Shown here: piece after piece, positions 1-13,850 of the stretch
Numbering within the stretch: position 1 is the first letter of the stretch
How the letters are laid out: each line of letters begins with the position of its first letter
Assembly (NCBI RefSeq): GCF_020745735.1
Contig: NW_026867509.1
Location: forward strand, 2,208,537-2,272,536
Reading direction: 5' to 3'
DNA length: 64,000 nt
Source of the DNA: Hemiscyllium ocellatum
Lineage: Eukaryota
Notes under the pieces: model-generated
What the model saw: the letters and a program-made list of their open reading frames with translations, nothing else
Told to the model about the DNA's origin: nothing
Databases searched by the model: none
Translations under genes and position numbers: made by a program

Positions 1-479
1 GATAGACTTTATTTCTAAAGAGAATTAATATTTTTAAGACACGGCATAATTTTCCAAACTTAAAGTTGGGAAATGTCGGGGATTCGTTTCACATCTGAAA
101 GATGACACTATTTGGAATCGGAACAGTACCTTTCCAGTCCTCACACGTTCTCATGCAGATTTTCTCAGCTTTTCTATTTTTCCATCTCTTACAGATAGCA
201 TATTCCTCCTTATAATATTTTCTCAGACAAGATCTGCTCTACCTGATTGTACCATTTATTTCCTCGTCTCCACCGATCTCCTGGTTATACTCACACCTTT
301 TTAATATCAAAGTGTATTGGTGGATTTTAATTCGTGTTCTCTATCAGGTATATCACGTCGATGTGCAGTCTCCATTCTGTCTAAACTCACGTATCTTCAA
401 AGGGTTCTTCCTGGTTAACAAACTATGTCGATTTTGATCAATTTTGACTATTTACTGTCAGAGCTGAAAATGAAATACT

Positions 480-1125
480 GCACTGAGAAGACAGCAACAC
501 GGGTTATTTAGAACAAAGAATATTCCAGCGTCGGAGAGGCTCATCAACCCTCGATGTTGAGCCGACTGGTGGAATCAATCTGAAGCCTATTTATCTGACA
601 CTTCAATTTTCATCCACATGTTTATCCAATGACCATTTAACTACCCTGAGAATTGGCGAATCTACTACTGTTGTAGTTAGTGCGTTCCACCTCGCCAATA
701 CTCTCTGTGTAAAACAATTACTTCTACCATTTGTCCAACATCTATCACCCTGTCGTGCGAACTACCACCACCCCAGTTAAAAGGCCACTCTATACAATCC
801 TCCCATTATTTTAAAAATCTCAATGAAGTCACCACTCAACCTTCTTCTCTGTAACGAAAACACACTAAGTCCCTTAGCCTTTCCTCAAACGACCTTCCCT
901 CCATGCCTGTCAACATCCTAGTAAATCACTTCAGAACCATTTCTGAATCTTCCACATCTTCCCAATAATGCAGTGAACAGAACTGTACGTAATGCTCCAA
1001 GTGCAACCGCTTCAGACTTGCACAATTGCAGAATGCCTTCGTGGCTCCAAATCTCATTCCCTCTAAATAAAAGCCAACACACCCTATGCCTTCTTAACAA
1101 CCCTGTCAAACTGGGTGTCAATATC
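480..1125 (-). mobile_element. CR1/HER1-type LINE 3' fragment, decayed
   Basis: Resembles the CR1 copies at 11.2-13.8 kb and 60.7-62.5 kb (e.g. cttcttaacaaccctgtc, ccccttagccttt); broken RT C-terminal frames. Boundaries approximate. Confidence 0.55.
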
Positions 1126-1227
1126 CAGGTATCTAGTGTTATGGACTAGGCCAGACCATCAAAAACATTCCTAAGTAGGCATCCCAAGACGTATCTTTGC
1201 AGTAAGTGTGCAGTGAAAATTACCCGG

Positions 1228-1921
1228 TGTAAGGTAGCTAGGGTGACTACTAGATTTTAAAACAAAAGCGTCACAAATTTTCACAATGAAGCACAAAAAC
1301 CGAAAAACAAATCCCCTTTAGGTCTCAACGTATCCAGCTTGCATTAACTATGCTGTCCCAATAAGCAAACTCCCTTTACAACACTGTATAAATGAAACAC
1401 ATGCTTTCAGGTTAAAGTTGAAGAGCAGAAACAAGACAGCGTTTCCACACATTCCCGTATTAAACGTCCCTGTTCAAGGCTGAATTAAAACTGCGTTGAA
1501 GATGCCAGTGTTGGACTGGAGTGTCCAAAGTTAAAAATCACACAACACCATGTTAAAGTATATTCCATAACCCCGTAATGAAGGAGCAGCGCTCCGAAAG
1601 CAAATGCTTCCATTTAAACCTGTTGGCCTTTAATCTGGTGTTATGTGATTTTGAACTAAAGTCTGCTCAGCTCAGCTGGCTAGAGAGCTGACTACTCCCC
1701 TCTCTTTACATGGGTCACTTCTAAAGCATGACCACTTTGGTCTGAAGACTCATCTCTTCACATATAAACAATGGGACTCCTAGAGTCCTTTTCATCTCTG
1801 TACTAAACCAGACTGATCGGAGTCCAGCCTGGTTTATTGCTCATATGAAAAAAAAACCAAGGGTAGCGCCTCCCAGAGCAAAGGAACAGCTTTTAGAAAT
1901 GAAGGGACTAGCTTTGTGACA
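1228..1921 (-). mobile_element. 3' LTR of a Gypsy element
   Basis: On the minus strand it begins TGTCACA (1921) directly after a polypurine tract AAGGGAGGAGG (1922-1932) and ends ...TTACA (1228), i.e. TG...CA termini. Interrupted by a PLE-derived insert at ~1500-1660. Confidence 0.65.
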
Positions 1922-1932
1922 CCTCCTCCCTT

Positions 1933-4900
1933 AACAAAAACCCATCAATACTAAAAGATGGCTTAATTTTTCATCCTACGAAATCCCAGTAAGTAGCTTA
2001 AACACATTGATACACTACATTGACGATATACATGCAAACACGCACTACCAAATGAAACTTCAGGCCGGGTTACACCCACCACCAAATGCCTCTGCATCTT
2101 ATTAACACATCAGTAATCACGTTTTCGCGACCTGCCAAATGCACAATTGTCAAATTGAATGACTGCAACAACAAGCTCCATCTCAACAGTCTGGCCTTTG
2201 TGTCAACAAAACCACCCACAAATGTCAATGGGTTTTGATCCATGTATATGACTGTCTCAGATGCATTGGTGGTGATATAAATACTGTTGTAAGGCTAACA
2301 CCAAGCTTAAAATTTCTCTCTCCACCGTTGAATATTGATGAACCTTCAAAATCTTGGAAAAATACCCGATGGATCTTTCTGTTCCCTCGTCATCCTCCTG
2401 CAGGGACACCGCACTGGCATAGCACATCACTGACATCGGTAGCCATTAAGAAAGATTTCGTTTCATCCGCTGTGGCTAATACTGGGGCAGTGGCTCACGC
2501 AGTTTTAAGGCTGTCAAATGCCTTTTCACAGTTCTCTGTCCAATGAAACTTCTTGCTTTTTTAAAAACAATTTGATGACTGGAGCAGCCGCATTGCTAAA
2601 GCTCAGTACAAACTTTCGGTAAAATGCACTCAACCCTAAGAACCGTAGTGCTGTCTTTTCCGTTGACGGTGCAGCAAATTCCCCAATTACTTTCGTTTTC
2701 ACATCCCAAGGGGCCGTTAGTCGATGTCACATAAAATGGCCCAGGAAGGTGACTTGGACTTTGGCAAATTCACTTTTAGCTAGGTTTACCACCAAGTCTG
2801 CCTTCCGAACTGAATCTTAAGAAGTCTGATAAATGCTGTAAATGTTCCTTCCACGAGTGACTAAAAATCACCAAGTCTTCAATATACACCATACAGTTGG
2901 GTAATCAGGCAATGACCTTATTAGTCATTCTCTGAACTGTGACTGGAGTCTTTTCATACCAAATGGCATGATGTTGAACTGATATAGCTCATTTGGCGTT
3001 ACAAAAACAGAAATTGCCTTTGCTTACTCTGACAGAGGTACGTGCCAATTGCCTTTGAGCAAGTACAACTTAGAAATGAAAATTCCTTGTCCCACTTTTC
3101 CGACAAAATCCTCCAATTGTAGAATTGGATAGGCATCAGACTTTACGATTGTCCACACCACCGGTAGATACCAACTGGCTATGGCATCATGACTATGGGT
3201 GAGCTCCGATTATGCCATCTTGGAGCATGCGCTCTATCTCTCTCTGAACCTGTGCCAACATTAGAGGGTCATGCCTATAATGACTTTGCTTAACCGGAAT
3301 AACATCTCTTATATCAACATCATGCACAATTAGGTTAGTATTTCACAGTTTATTTCCACGTATTTCGCCATGTGATAGTGATACCTGTTTCAGGATATTC
3401 TGGTTTTCTTGTGGAAGGTAACCCAATCAACCTCTGAACCAGTTTCTTCCTTCTGTGCTGTAATTGTTAATATCTACTCTTGCTTTCCTCCCCAGTCAAA
3501 GTACACTTTGAGTATATTCTCATGACACAGTCTGTGAGATTTCTTCCTGTCTGGAGTTCTTATCAAGTAATTCACCTCACTCAATTTACTCTCGTTTTGA
3601 TAAGGTCCACTAAACATTGATTTTAAAGGTTCACTTGTTACTACAAGTAACACCAATATCTTATCCCCAGTGCAACACTGTGAATTTGTGATTTCTTATC
3701 TGCTTCTTGTTTCATTGTATTCTATGATACTTTTAAGTGCTGCCCAGGCAACTCTCCACCTTTTTTTAATCGTTCTATAAAATTTTACACATAGTCAAAA
3801 TCGGTGGTCTCTGAATTCTGACTTAATAATTTCTCCTTAATAAATTTTAACCTTCATCTGACATCATGCTAGAAAAATAATTCAAGTGGACTGAATTTTG
3901 TCGATTCATTCGGTGCATCTCTGATCGCACAAAAATGCAAACGGAATACTCTTAACCCAATCACCTGGATATTCCTGACCATAAGCCCTCAACATGGTCT
4001 TTAGTGTTTGATGCCATCTCTCTGGCGCTCCCTACAATTCCAGATGCTACACAGTAGATTTGAATTGCAGTATTCCCAAGTTATTCTTTAGCTACTTTGA
4101 TATAATGAATGTGAAGTTTGATCCTTGATCTGACTGGATCTGTATTGGCAGTCCGTACCTAGCAAAAAAGTTCAATAATTCTTCCACAACCATTTTAGCT
4201 GTGATGTTGTGTAATGGAATTGCCTCTGGAAATCTCGTCTACACATCCATTATTGTTAATAAATACTAATTCCCACTTTTTGTTTTAAGTAGGGGACCTA
4301 CACAATCAATTAAGACTCTTGTGAAAGGTTCCCCAAATGCTGGAATAGGTATTTAAGGAGCAGGTTTTTATGACTACCTGTCGTTTTCCGATTAGTTGAC
4401 ATGTATGACAAGTCTGCCAAAATCCACTGACGTCTTTGCGTAGTCCAGACCAGCAAAAATGTCTTTGTATTTTACCCTGGGTTTTCTTCACCCTTAAATG
4501 TCCTCCAAGTGGTAGTTCATGCGCCACTCGCACTCTATACCCTAGTAGCAAACAAGATTGTTGAACTTCTGCCCATTTTTCATCTGCTTGACTGTGTGTA
4601 TGGTCTCCATTTCATCAAGGTATCATTTGCTCAGTAACAACATACAGGAATGCATTCACTTCCTTATTCTGAAAATGTATTTTTATATAACTGTTTTAAC
4701 TCCTCATCTTTATGCTGTAATTCAATTAGATTAGAAGAGCTAAGCATACTTACATGCTCCATTTCTGCCCCACTTATCTGATCAAATGAAGTTTTTGCTA
4801 ACAGTGTGACAGCTTCCTTATCTGTGCCTTCTAATGTGTCCTGCTTCGGCTTGTGCCTCTGTGATCTTGTGATTACGCAATTAGGGAAAATTCCTGGATA

Positions 4901-5900
4901 AACATCCCCTAGGTCTTCGATTGCTTGCATCTCCATTGGCCTTTGGACTAAAGTAGGCAGCACGCTTACTGGTGAATCAGATTACTTATAGTGTGGAAAC
5001 AGGCCCTTTGGGCCAACAAGTCCACACCAATCCGCCGAAGCGCAACCCACCCATACCCCTACATTAACCCCTTACGTAACACTACGGGCAATTTAGCATG
5101 GCCAATTCACATGACCCGCACATCTTTGGACTGTGGGACGAAACCGGAGCACCCGTAGGAAAGCCACGCAGACATGGGGAGAACGTGCAAACTCCACACA
5201 GTCAGTCGCTTGAGTCGGGAATTGAACCCAGGTCTCAGGCGCTGTGAGGCAGCAGTGCCAACCATTGTGCCACCGTGCCGCCCACATCAGCTATATCATT
5301 TGCAAGGACAAATTGTATTCCTCGAGCTGCGAGTTTGTCTTGTACTCCTAATACAAATAGTCCTCTCTTCTTTGGACTCTCTAGCCTCACTTGACATAAC
5401 TAAGCAGTTTTTGTCTCACCATTAATTCCTGTTACCAGCACTTTCTCTGGCAACAGTACCCCAGGAATGCATATCTCTTCATCCTTTAGCATTACAGGCT
5501 GAGGATGTTTTATCCCTTAATATTGTCACCTCTTTACCGATTTGAATAAACTTTAAACTTGCATGTATATTTTTAAGCTGATCTGGCACTTCTGCCTTAA
5601 TCAAGCTCTGATCATCTTGTACCCACTGAGGCAGATTCCTAACTTCCCTTGTGCTTTTTGTTAGTATTCCAACAAAATTTCCAGTTTTGTCTGGTTTTCC
5701 TACATCTGGCTTTCTCCTATCCCACCAACACTGATTTCGTGTGGCCCAATTTATTACAATGAAAACACTGGAGCTTTTTGAACTATTTGTCCACCTCAAG
5801 GGTTTTTTATTTCCCCTGTGGTAAACTATCCTTATGAACTTCACTGACATCTACCTTTCCCTTTTCACGTGAGGATTCCTGTTTGCTCCAATTTCAATCC
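1933..5900 (-). mobile_element. Gypsy/Ty3 LTR retrotransposon internal region, decayed, Gmr1-like domain order (IN-RT-RH)
   Basis: Integrase HHCC zinc finger AHELPLGGHL...CHTCQ (4306-4551); IN C-terminus FSGPY...VNYLIRTPDRKK (3474-3656); RT motifs SSPIVM / KSDAYPI..LEDFVGKVGQ..FISKL.LLKG.WHVPL (~3030-3210); RNase H-like region 2100-2600. Many stops and frameshifts. Confidence 0.85.
4981..5285 (-). mobile_element. tRNA-derived SINE (HE1-like), inserted in the Gypsy element
   Basis: Head gtgggcggcacggtggcacaatgg...gggttcaattccc (A/B boxes), central domain gagtttgcacgttctcccc, CR1-like tail gggcctgtttccacact; possible 5-bp TSD atcag. Confidence 0.9.
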
Positions 5901-5962
5901 CTCACGGGCTGAAACTGATTCTGGAAGCCAAACTGAGTTTAATGGACCAGCTCATAATCATC

Positions 5963-6053
5963 TCTGCTGCAAATGTGTTGCTGGTCAAAGCACAGCAGGT
6001 TAGGCAGCATCTCAGGAATAGAGAATTCGACGTTTCGAGCATAAGCCCTTCAT
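5963..6053 (-). mobile_element. ~90-bp Penelope-like element terminus with hammerhead core, flanked by a TSD
   Basis: cagctcataatcatc is repeated at 5948-5962 and 6054-6068. Minus strand reads CTGATGA-A-GGGC-TTAT-GCTC-GAAA-CGTC. Confidence 0.8.
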
Positions 6054-6849
6054 CAGCTCATAATCATCACCTACTTCAGCTGATTTACCTCTCTCCTCTT
6101 CCACATGATTTCACATTACTTCAGGCAGTGAATTTTTGAATTCCTCCACAATAATTACCTCTATAAAGGGTAATTATAGGTGTGCTCAATTTTAAGACCT
6201 CTTATCCATCTATGGAAATTACTCAGTTTGATCCTTTAAAACTCAAAATAGGGTTGACCTGAGTCCCTCCTTCGATTCCTGAAACGTTGTCTATATGCTT
6301 CTGGTACAAGCTCATATGCACTTACAATGGCTTCTTCACCTCCTCATACTCCCCAGAAACCTCCTTTGATCGGGATGCGAATATCTCACGAGCACTACCT
6401 ACGAGATTTGTTTTGATCAACGAAACCCACATTGTCTCTGGCTACTGCATTTGTTTAGTCACCTTTTCAAATGAGATGAAGAAGACTTCCACATTCTTCT
6501 CATCATATTTAGGCAATACTTGAACATAAACAGCTTCTCACTTGGCTTCTGACTACCAACGGCTTGCTCAACGTCACTCTCTTCCTCACAAAGCTGACCC
6601 TCAGCTTTTATCTCCAGCCTTTTAAGCTGATTTTGTTTTAAGTGTCAGGTTTTGAAATTCAAACACTCTCCTTACGTTCTTTGTTCTCCCTTTTCCCCAC
6701 TCCTCTGCTTTTAATCGTAACTCAAACTACTTCATTTCTGCTGCCCTTTCCTTATCTCTCGCCTCCCACTCAAGCTGCTTCATTTGTCATCTGTATAGTT
6801 TCTGATTGTTTCTCCAGCAACTTTAAATGGTGACCTGTTGCATTATCTC

Positions 6850-7760
6850 TCCTTTGCTCACAGAATCATCGAGGTCTTATATGAAAATTGGCACACAGCA
6901 GTGGCCACAAAACCGATCCTGAATGTACACCACCAATTACTGAACTGAAGGATGAAACGTTTCCCATCAACCACCACCTTTTGCCTTTTTTCAGCTAGCC
7001 AATTTCTGATCCTAACCGCTAAATAACCCTCAAACCCATGCCCCCATACTTTGTGCAATAGACTCCATGAGGCACCTTGTCGGACGCCTTAGTGAAATAC
7101 ATCCACACCATATCAACCACTTTACCCGAATCCACTTGATTGCTCACCATCTCAAAGAACTCAATACGGTTTGTGAGGTGCGATGTACCCTTCAGAAAAC
7201 CGTGTTGACTATCTCTAATCATCTCTTCATGATTATAAATAACCCCCAAACCCATGCCCCCATAGCCTCCGAGAGGCACCTTGTCGAACGGCCTAGGGAA
7301 ATACATACACATCATATCAACTTTACCCTAATCCACTTGATTGTTCACCATCTCAAAGAACTTGATACGATTTGTGAAGTGCGATGTACCCTTCAGAAAA
7401 CCGTGTTGACTATCCCTCATCAACTTATTCCTCTCTTGATGATTATAAATTCGATCTGTTAACAACGTTTTCAGACACTTTACCAACAACCGACATAAGA
7501 CTTACTGGTCTATAATTAACAGGGTTGATTCCTCTTCTTGAAAAAGGGGGCAACATTTGCTATCCTCCAGTCTTCTGGCAGTATTCGTGTAAACAATGAC
7601 GACATAAAGATCAAAGCCAATGGATCTGTGATCTCCTCCCTGGCTTCCCATACAATCTTGGGATAAATCCCATGCGGTCCAGAGGACTTGTCTATTTTCA
7701 CAATTACCAGAATTTATAATATCCCCAGTTGACACAGTCCTAGCCACATTGAACTGCATC
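6850..7760 (-). mobile_element. CR1-type LINE RT fragment with internal tandem duplication
   Basis: Translates to QHGFLKG.SHLTN.IEFFE...VDMVWMYFTKASDKVPHG twice (7027-7240 and 7241-7450); DKSSGPHGIYPK. Confidence 0.85.
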
Positions 7761-9279
7761 AAAAATGTCATCAATATATGCACAATAAAGAGCACTGGTT
7801 CGACGAATGTTATGTTCGCGACATTCATAGGTCATCTCTATTGTTTCCATATCATTTAATGGTTGGTCTTCCGTTAATATTGATTTTAGTGGTCACTGTT
7901 TTTGTGTCAGATAAATTCCACTGGTTTTCCAACCTTTCAAGGGACAACGGCACATCAAAAATGACCGCAATCAAAGTGATCCAGACATTTAAAGAAGCGT
8001 AGTCCTATCCTGTTCTATTTGAAAAAAAAGATGCTACTGCCACATTCAAATTGTCAATTACTTTGGAAGTTGCGATTTCACTGTATCATCATTTATTCAT
8101 TTAGCATTTTTGTATTCCTGTATTAGTTGATTTAAATATGCTGGCATACAGAATAAATTCAGAGTCAAATTATGAACTGAGGTAAAATATGTAATGAGAC
8201 GATTTCTTCCATTATTCAAAGGCTAACGTAAGAAATTCCAGCATGAACTGTGCAATAGAGTTCGGCTGTTTATTTAAATTATGCTCACCGAGTACACGTT
8301 CCTGTTTTCAATATAGCTGCTTCTGCATTCATAGCGAGCACAAAAACTTAGCAATCTACATACGTCGGGGTCCATTCTGACACAAATCTATTTTGTCAAC
8401 CATCTTAGTAAGGTTCCAGTGTTCTGTCCGGTGGTGGTTCAGGTCTGGTTTGTTTTCATAAGTCTTTAGGACTCTGGAGGCCTCTAGCAGCTGTTATTAA
8501 TAGTTGGTGAAACATGCAAGAAGAACATATATTTAATTAGTTTTATGGACACGACGATTGGACTTATAGGAACGATTGTCTGCCATGTCATATTGTTTTT
8601 CTGGAGACCAGCCTGCATCTAGATGAATTCCTCCATCATTCTTGTAAGCGTGTGCATTGCTCAGTGGCGCTTTAGCCAAGTAACCCTCAAAATACAGCAT
8701 CAATATCTGAGATCTTGATGATTTCTACACAAGAGCATCTTATTAACTTGAAGTTGAGAATTGTACGACCCTTCTGTAACCATAATTGGTTGTGACTGAA
8801 GCAGCCATTGCCTCTTGGAGGCTGTTCAAGTGCGGGTTGGTGTGTTATGCCCTTCTTCATATTCGCCAGTCACCACTTAACATTTCTTCCACGTTTACAG
8901 CAGGGGACTAATCGATAATAACGTGAAACTAAAATAAACTAAGCGGTGTCTTGTTACTCCACGAGGTGATCCTTCTGCCTGTTTGGACAGTACTGTTGTC
9001 CTTCCTGTGAGTGAATCCCTGATAATTTCATCCTCTACATTTCTTTAATGCATTCGCAGGATGTGGGTGTCTCTGTCAGGAAAATTGTCTATCCCTGTCC
9101 AGAAGATAAGATTGAAGCACTCACTGCAAACGTCAGCCAAAAGGGGCAAAAAGATGATCTTTCTCGGCTCCCCAGTGGTCTTGAGTATGACAGATGCCAG
9201 TCTTCAAACATTTTGATTCGCTCTATTTTTTGGCAACACTGGATATTGAAAAGTCTATGCGCCACGAAAACAGTCTGTT

Positions 9280-10340
9280 AATACTCCTGAAGACATGTAT
9301 TGCAGATCTGGCGGTTGCTGTAGCCAAATATTTCCAATACAATTACACAACTGTCATGTAACTGAAAACGTGAAAAATGTTCCTGCTATGTCCTGTACAC
9401 CACCAGGACAAATTCAACCTAGTAAATTACTGCTGCACCAGTCCCTACGAGGTTATCAGTAAAGTGATCAAAGGTGTAAACAACAGTACTGTCAAACAGT
9501 ACTTATTCACCAGTAACTTGCTCACGGACTCCTGGTTTCAATTTCGCCAGGGCAACAGCGTTTCTATTCAAGTTGTAATCTTGGTTCAAACATAGATGAA
9601 AGGGCTGACTTGCAAAGTCGAGATGAGAGTTTAGAGTGACAGGCCTTGACTGCAAGGTTACATTCGGTGTAGTGTGGCATCAAGGAAACCAAGCAAAACT
9701 GTAATCAGTATAATGACAGTTTAACCTGTCCGCTGATGGGTACGAGATAGAAGGATAGGAATACTGCTATCGTTGTTGGAGACTGTTTTGTCAGTCGGTG
9801 CAGACTCCATTGTCGGAACAGCCTCTATTCTGCAGGATAGGTATTCTATGAGTAACTCACCACCTGACTCTCCAAAGGCAGTTCACCATCAATAATTCAC
9901 AAGTTAAGAATATCATGGAATACTCCCCACTTGTCGTGATGATTGCAACAACATTCAAGAAGCTTCTCACGATGCAGGACCAAACAAATCGGTGGCTTAT
10001 CAACACATCGAGAAGATTTATCCCCTGCACCAATAAGGTCAGCAGCAGAAGTCTGTTTTATCTGCAAAGTGAACTGCGGAAACTGAACAAAGATCCTTTG
10101 ACAGCACTTCGAAACCAATGACCACTTTCATCGAAAAAGAAAAGGAGCACATACAATGTAATGCTACAACATTTCAGTTGTTCTCCAAACCGCTCACCAT
10201 CCTGACTTGGAAATACATTGGCGTTACTTCACTGCAACTATGTCAAAATTATGGAGCTCCCTCCCTTCATGAATAATTTGTCAATTTATAGCATTGTAGC
10301 AGTTCAAGAATGTAACTTGTTGCCCCCTTCAAAAGGGGGT
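9280..10340 (+). mobile_element. Non-LTR retrotransposon 3' fragment (family not determined), with a CR1 3' piece inside
   Basis: atggaatactccccacttg...gcagttcaagaa...aattaagga; homologous to 18065-18830 and 23935-24565. Confidence 0.6.
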
Positions 10341-11229
10341 AATTAAGGAGAAGGAATAATTATTGTCAAGGCAGTGACGTCACACTCCATAACGCAATTT
10401 CATAAAATGTGTTGGACGGTACCCATGTAAGCCTTTTTAAATGAACACCAAAACACTTCTGAAATGTAATGAGCATTTCAGCCTATGCTGCCCACAGAGG
10501 CTGTAATTTCCTGATTGTCACCTACACTCAGTGAAAGCAAACAAAAACTGCTATGCACTCTATTTTTTTTGCTTCTTACCTGATAGTTATAGGCACTGTG
10601 AATAAAGAGGACTTTGACAGTTCATCCCAATCACAACTTAACCACTGGGAATTATAACTAGCAGGAGTGAAAAACGCTTCAAGAACACAAAATCGATTTC
10701 GATTCGATCACCTTAACCAGTCAGCCATGACCACAACACTTGACTGAGATGTGTCGTACTGACAGGTTGGTTGGGTGTCTGTGGGATCATGGATACGATG
10801 ATAAAATCTGAATGTCTGAACGAGGTCTACAGTTAAAATATCCCGTTTTGAAAAGTGTTTGTTTGATTCTGTCCCCTAAGAGTGATAACATTCGTACGAG
10901 ATGATATTCATTTTTTTTTCATTCAACGTAATAGAAAGAGATTTAAAATTGCAAATGGCCGAGGGATTTGGAGAGGAAGCGTTTGGGCCAAATGTCCAGG
11001 GGAATAATAGAAAATTCACTCCTGAAACATCGATTCAAGATACCATGGTGGCACCTGAAACAAAATATCTGTGATCCTCAGAAAAAAAGGACGGAGAATG
11101 TTGGGTCACGTTTGAAGTTCTCACTGGAAGCTCCAACGCTCTGACGCTTCCCAGTGAATCATCAAAAATATCATTTCGAAATTCCATTCATGACCTACAC
11201 TACCTCCCAAACCATGCCATACGTTTTCC

Positions 11230-13850
11230 TTAACGTTTAGAACACAGAGAATAAACCATTACAGAGTAGTACATACCCTTCAGCCCTCAATGCTACAATG
11301 AAACTAACCTGAAGCCCATCAAACCTATACTATTCCATTCTCATTCATATGTATATCGGTTGACCATTTAAATACTGTTAAAGTTGTTGCAGGCAGGGCG
11401 ATCCACGCCATTATTATTGCCTGAGTAAAAAAACCTACCTCTGACATCTGTCAATTTCAAGCTATGTCCCCTCATGCTCTCCATCAGCATCTGAGGAAAA
11501 TGGCTCTCGCTGTCCATCCTATCGAATCCTCTCATGACATCGTATGTCTCTATTTCATCTCCTCACAATCTTCGTCTATAACGAAAAAAGCTTCAAGTCC
11601 CTTAGACTTCTCTCATATGACTGCCCCTCCATACCAGGCAACATCTTGGTAAATCTCCTCTGCACATTTCCAATGCTTCTCCGTCTTTCTTACCATGCCT
11701 TGAAAAGAACTGTATGCAATATTTCAAATGCGGCTGCCCCAGATTTTTGTAGCGCTGCAACATGACCTCATGGCTCTGAAACTCAATTTCTCTCCAAATA
11801 AAGGAGAAAGGCTTATGCCAGAAACGTCGAATCTCCTGTTCCTTGGATGCTGCCTGAACTGCTGCGCTTTTCCAGCAACTAATTTTCAGCTCCTCTCCAA
11901 ATAAAAGCTAATACACCGTATGCCTTCTTAATAACCCTATTACCCTGTGTGGCAACATTCAGGAATCTCTGCACATGGATATCGTGCTCTCTCAGCTCAT
12001 CTACACTACCAAGAATCCTACTATTAGCGCAGGACAGCACTCTGTATTCCTGTTGTTCCTTCCAAAGTAAAAGAACTTCATACTTTTTCGCAATAAACTC
12101 CATTAGGCAGCATAGCCCAGCTCTGTCGCTTATCGATGTCCCTACGATCCATGCAACACCCTTCCACACTGTTCACATCTCCATCTTAGTTGTCACCTGC
12201 AAATTTACTTATCTGTCCTTCAACGCACTCATCCAGGTCATTTACAAAATTGACAAACAGCAGTGGTCCCAAATCAGATCCGTTCCGTATACCAATCGTA
12301 TTTGAACTCCGCAACAAACATTTCCCATCAACCACCACCCTTTGTCTTCTTAGAACTAGCCAATTTCTGATCCACACCGTTCAATCACCCTGAATCACAT
12401 GCCTCCGTATTTTCTGCAATAGCCTACCATGGGGAACTTTATCAAACTCTTTACTGAAATGCATATACATCACAGCAAACGTTTTGCACTCATCCATCTT
12501 TTTGGTCACTTTCTCAAAGAACTTAGTATGTTCTGTGAGGCACCACCTATCCTTCACAAAACCATGTTGTCTCTCTCTTATCAAATTATTGCTTTCCAGA
12601 GGATTATAAATCTATCTCTTGGAATCCTTTACAACACTTCACCCACAACCGAACTAAGGCTCACTGGTCCATAATTACCAGGGTTGTCTCTTCTTTCCTT
12701 CTTGAAACGTTTGCTGTCCTCCAGTCTTCTGGCAGTATTCCTGTAAATACTAATGACCTAAAGATCAAAGCAAAGTCTCTGAAATCTCCTCCCTAGCTTT
12801 CCAGAGAACCCTAGGATAAGTCACATCTGGCACAGGGGACTTCTCCCTTTTCACCCTTTCCTGCATTGCTAACACCACCTCCTTATGAAGCTTTATCCCG
12901 TCCCTTCCAATAGCCTGTATCTCAGTAGTCTCCTTGTCAACATTGTCTTTTTCCTGTGTGAATAATGACGGAAAATATTCATTTTGTGCCACTGCTATGA
13001 CTTAGGACCCGAAATACAACTTCCCACTTCTGTCCTTGACAGACCCTAATGTTACTCTGGTATTGTTTTATTCCTATAGAATACCCATAGAAAGCTTTCC
13101 GGTTTGCTTGATCCTACCAGCCAAAGACACCTCAGGTCTCCTCCTGGATCTTCTTAGTTTTCTCTTTCAGTCTTTCCTGGTTACCTTGTAATTCTCAATC
13201 ACCCTTACTGAGCCTTCACTTCTCAACTTTGCATAAACTTCCTCTTCCACTTGACAAGAGATTCAATGCGTTTAGTAAAATAGGATTCCTCGCTCGACCA
13301 CTTCCTCTCTGCCTGACAGGGTATATACTGATACAGTAACCGTTCCATGAACAATCTCCACGTTTCAATTGTGCCCATCCACTGCATTTCCTTCCCCGTC
13401 CTGTTTGTCGTAAATCTTGCCTAATCGCTTCATAACTGCTTTTTGACCAGCTATAACTCTTGCACAGCACTATGTACCTATCCTCGTCCATCGCTAAAGT
13501 AAACGTTACCGAATTGTGGTAACTATCACCAAATTGCTCACCTACTTCCAAACCTAACACCTGGCCTTGTTCTTTGCCCACTACCAAATGCATAGTGGCC
13601 TCGCCTCTTTTTGATCTACTTACGTACGTGTAAGTAGATCATCCTGCTCAGATTGGGCAAAAACTGACCAATCTAAAGATCTTGAACTGAAGTGTTTCCA
13701 GTAAATAGTTAGAAAGCTAACGTCCCCTATAACACCTACCCAGTTACTTTGACCCTGTCCAGAATAATCTTTTCGATCCTTTCCTCTACATTTCTGACCT
13801 TTTCCGAGGCTTATAGAAAACTCCTAACAGTATGACCTCTCCTTTGTCCC
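11230..13850 (-). mobile_element. CR1/HER1-type LINE, ~2.6 kb, decayed
   Basis: ORF2 fragments RQHGFVKDRWCLT..KFFEKVTK...YMHFSKEFDKVPHGRL, GSDLGPLLFVNFVNDLD...ISKFAGD, plus endonuclease-proximal fragments at 13.2-13.8 kb. Confidence 0.9.
11803..11892 (+). mobile_element. 90-bp PLE terminus inserted in the CR1 element, 13-bp TSD
   Basis: ctctccaaataaa at 11790-11802 and 11893-11905. The insert starts ggagaaaggcttatgccagaaacgtcgaatc, the hammerhead stem II/GAAA region. Confidence 0.8.

Noticed and set aside
4981-5285. tRNA gene
   Set aside because: The tRNA-like head continues into a SINE body and LINE-like tail; it is not a standalone tRNA.
8310-8348. Isolated nonamer ACAAAAACT
   Set aside because: No heptamer at 12 or 22-23 nt.
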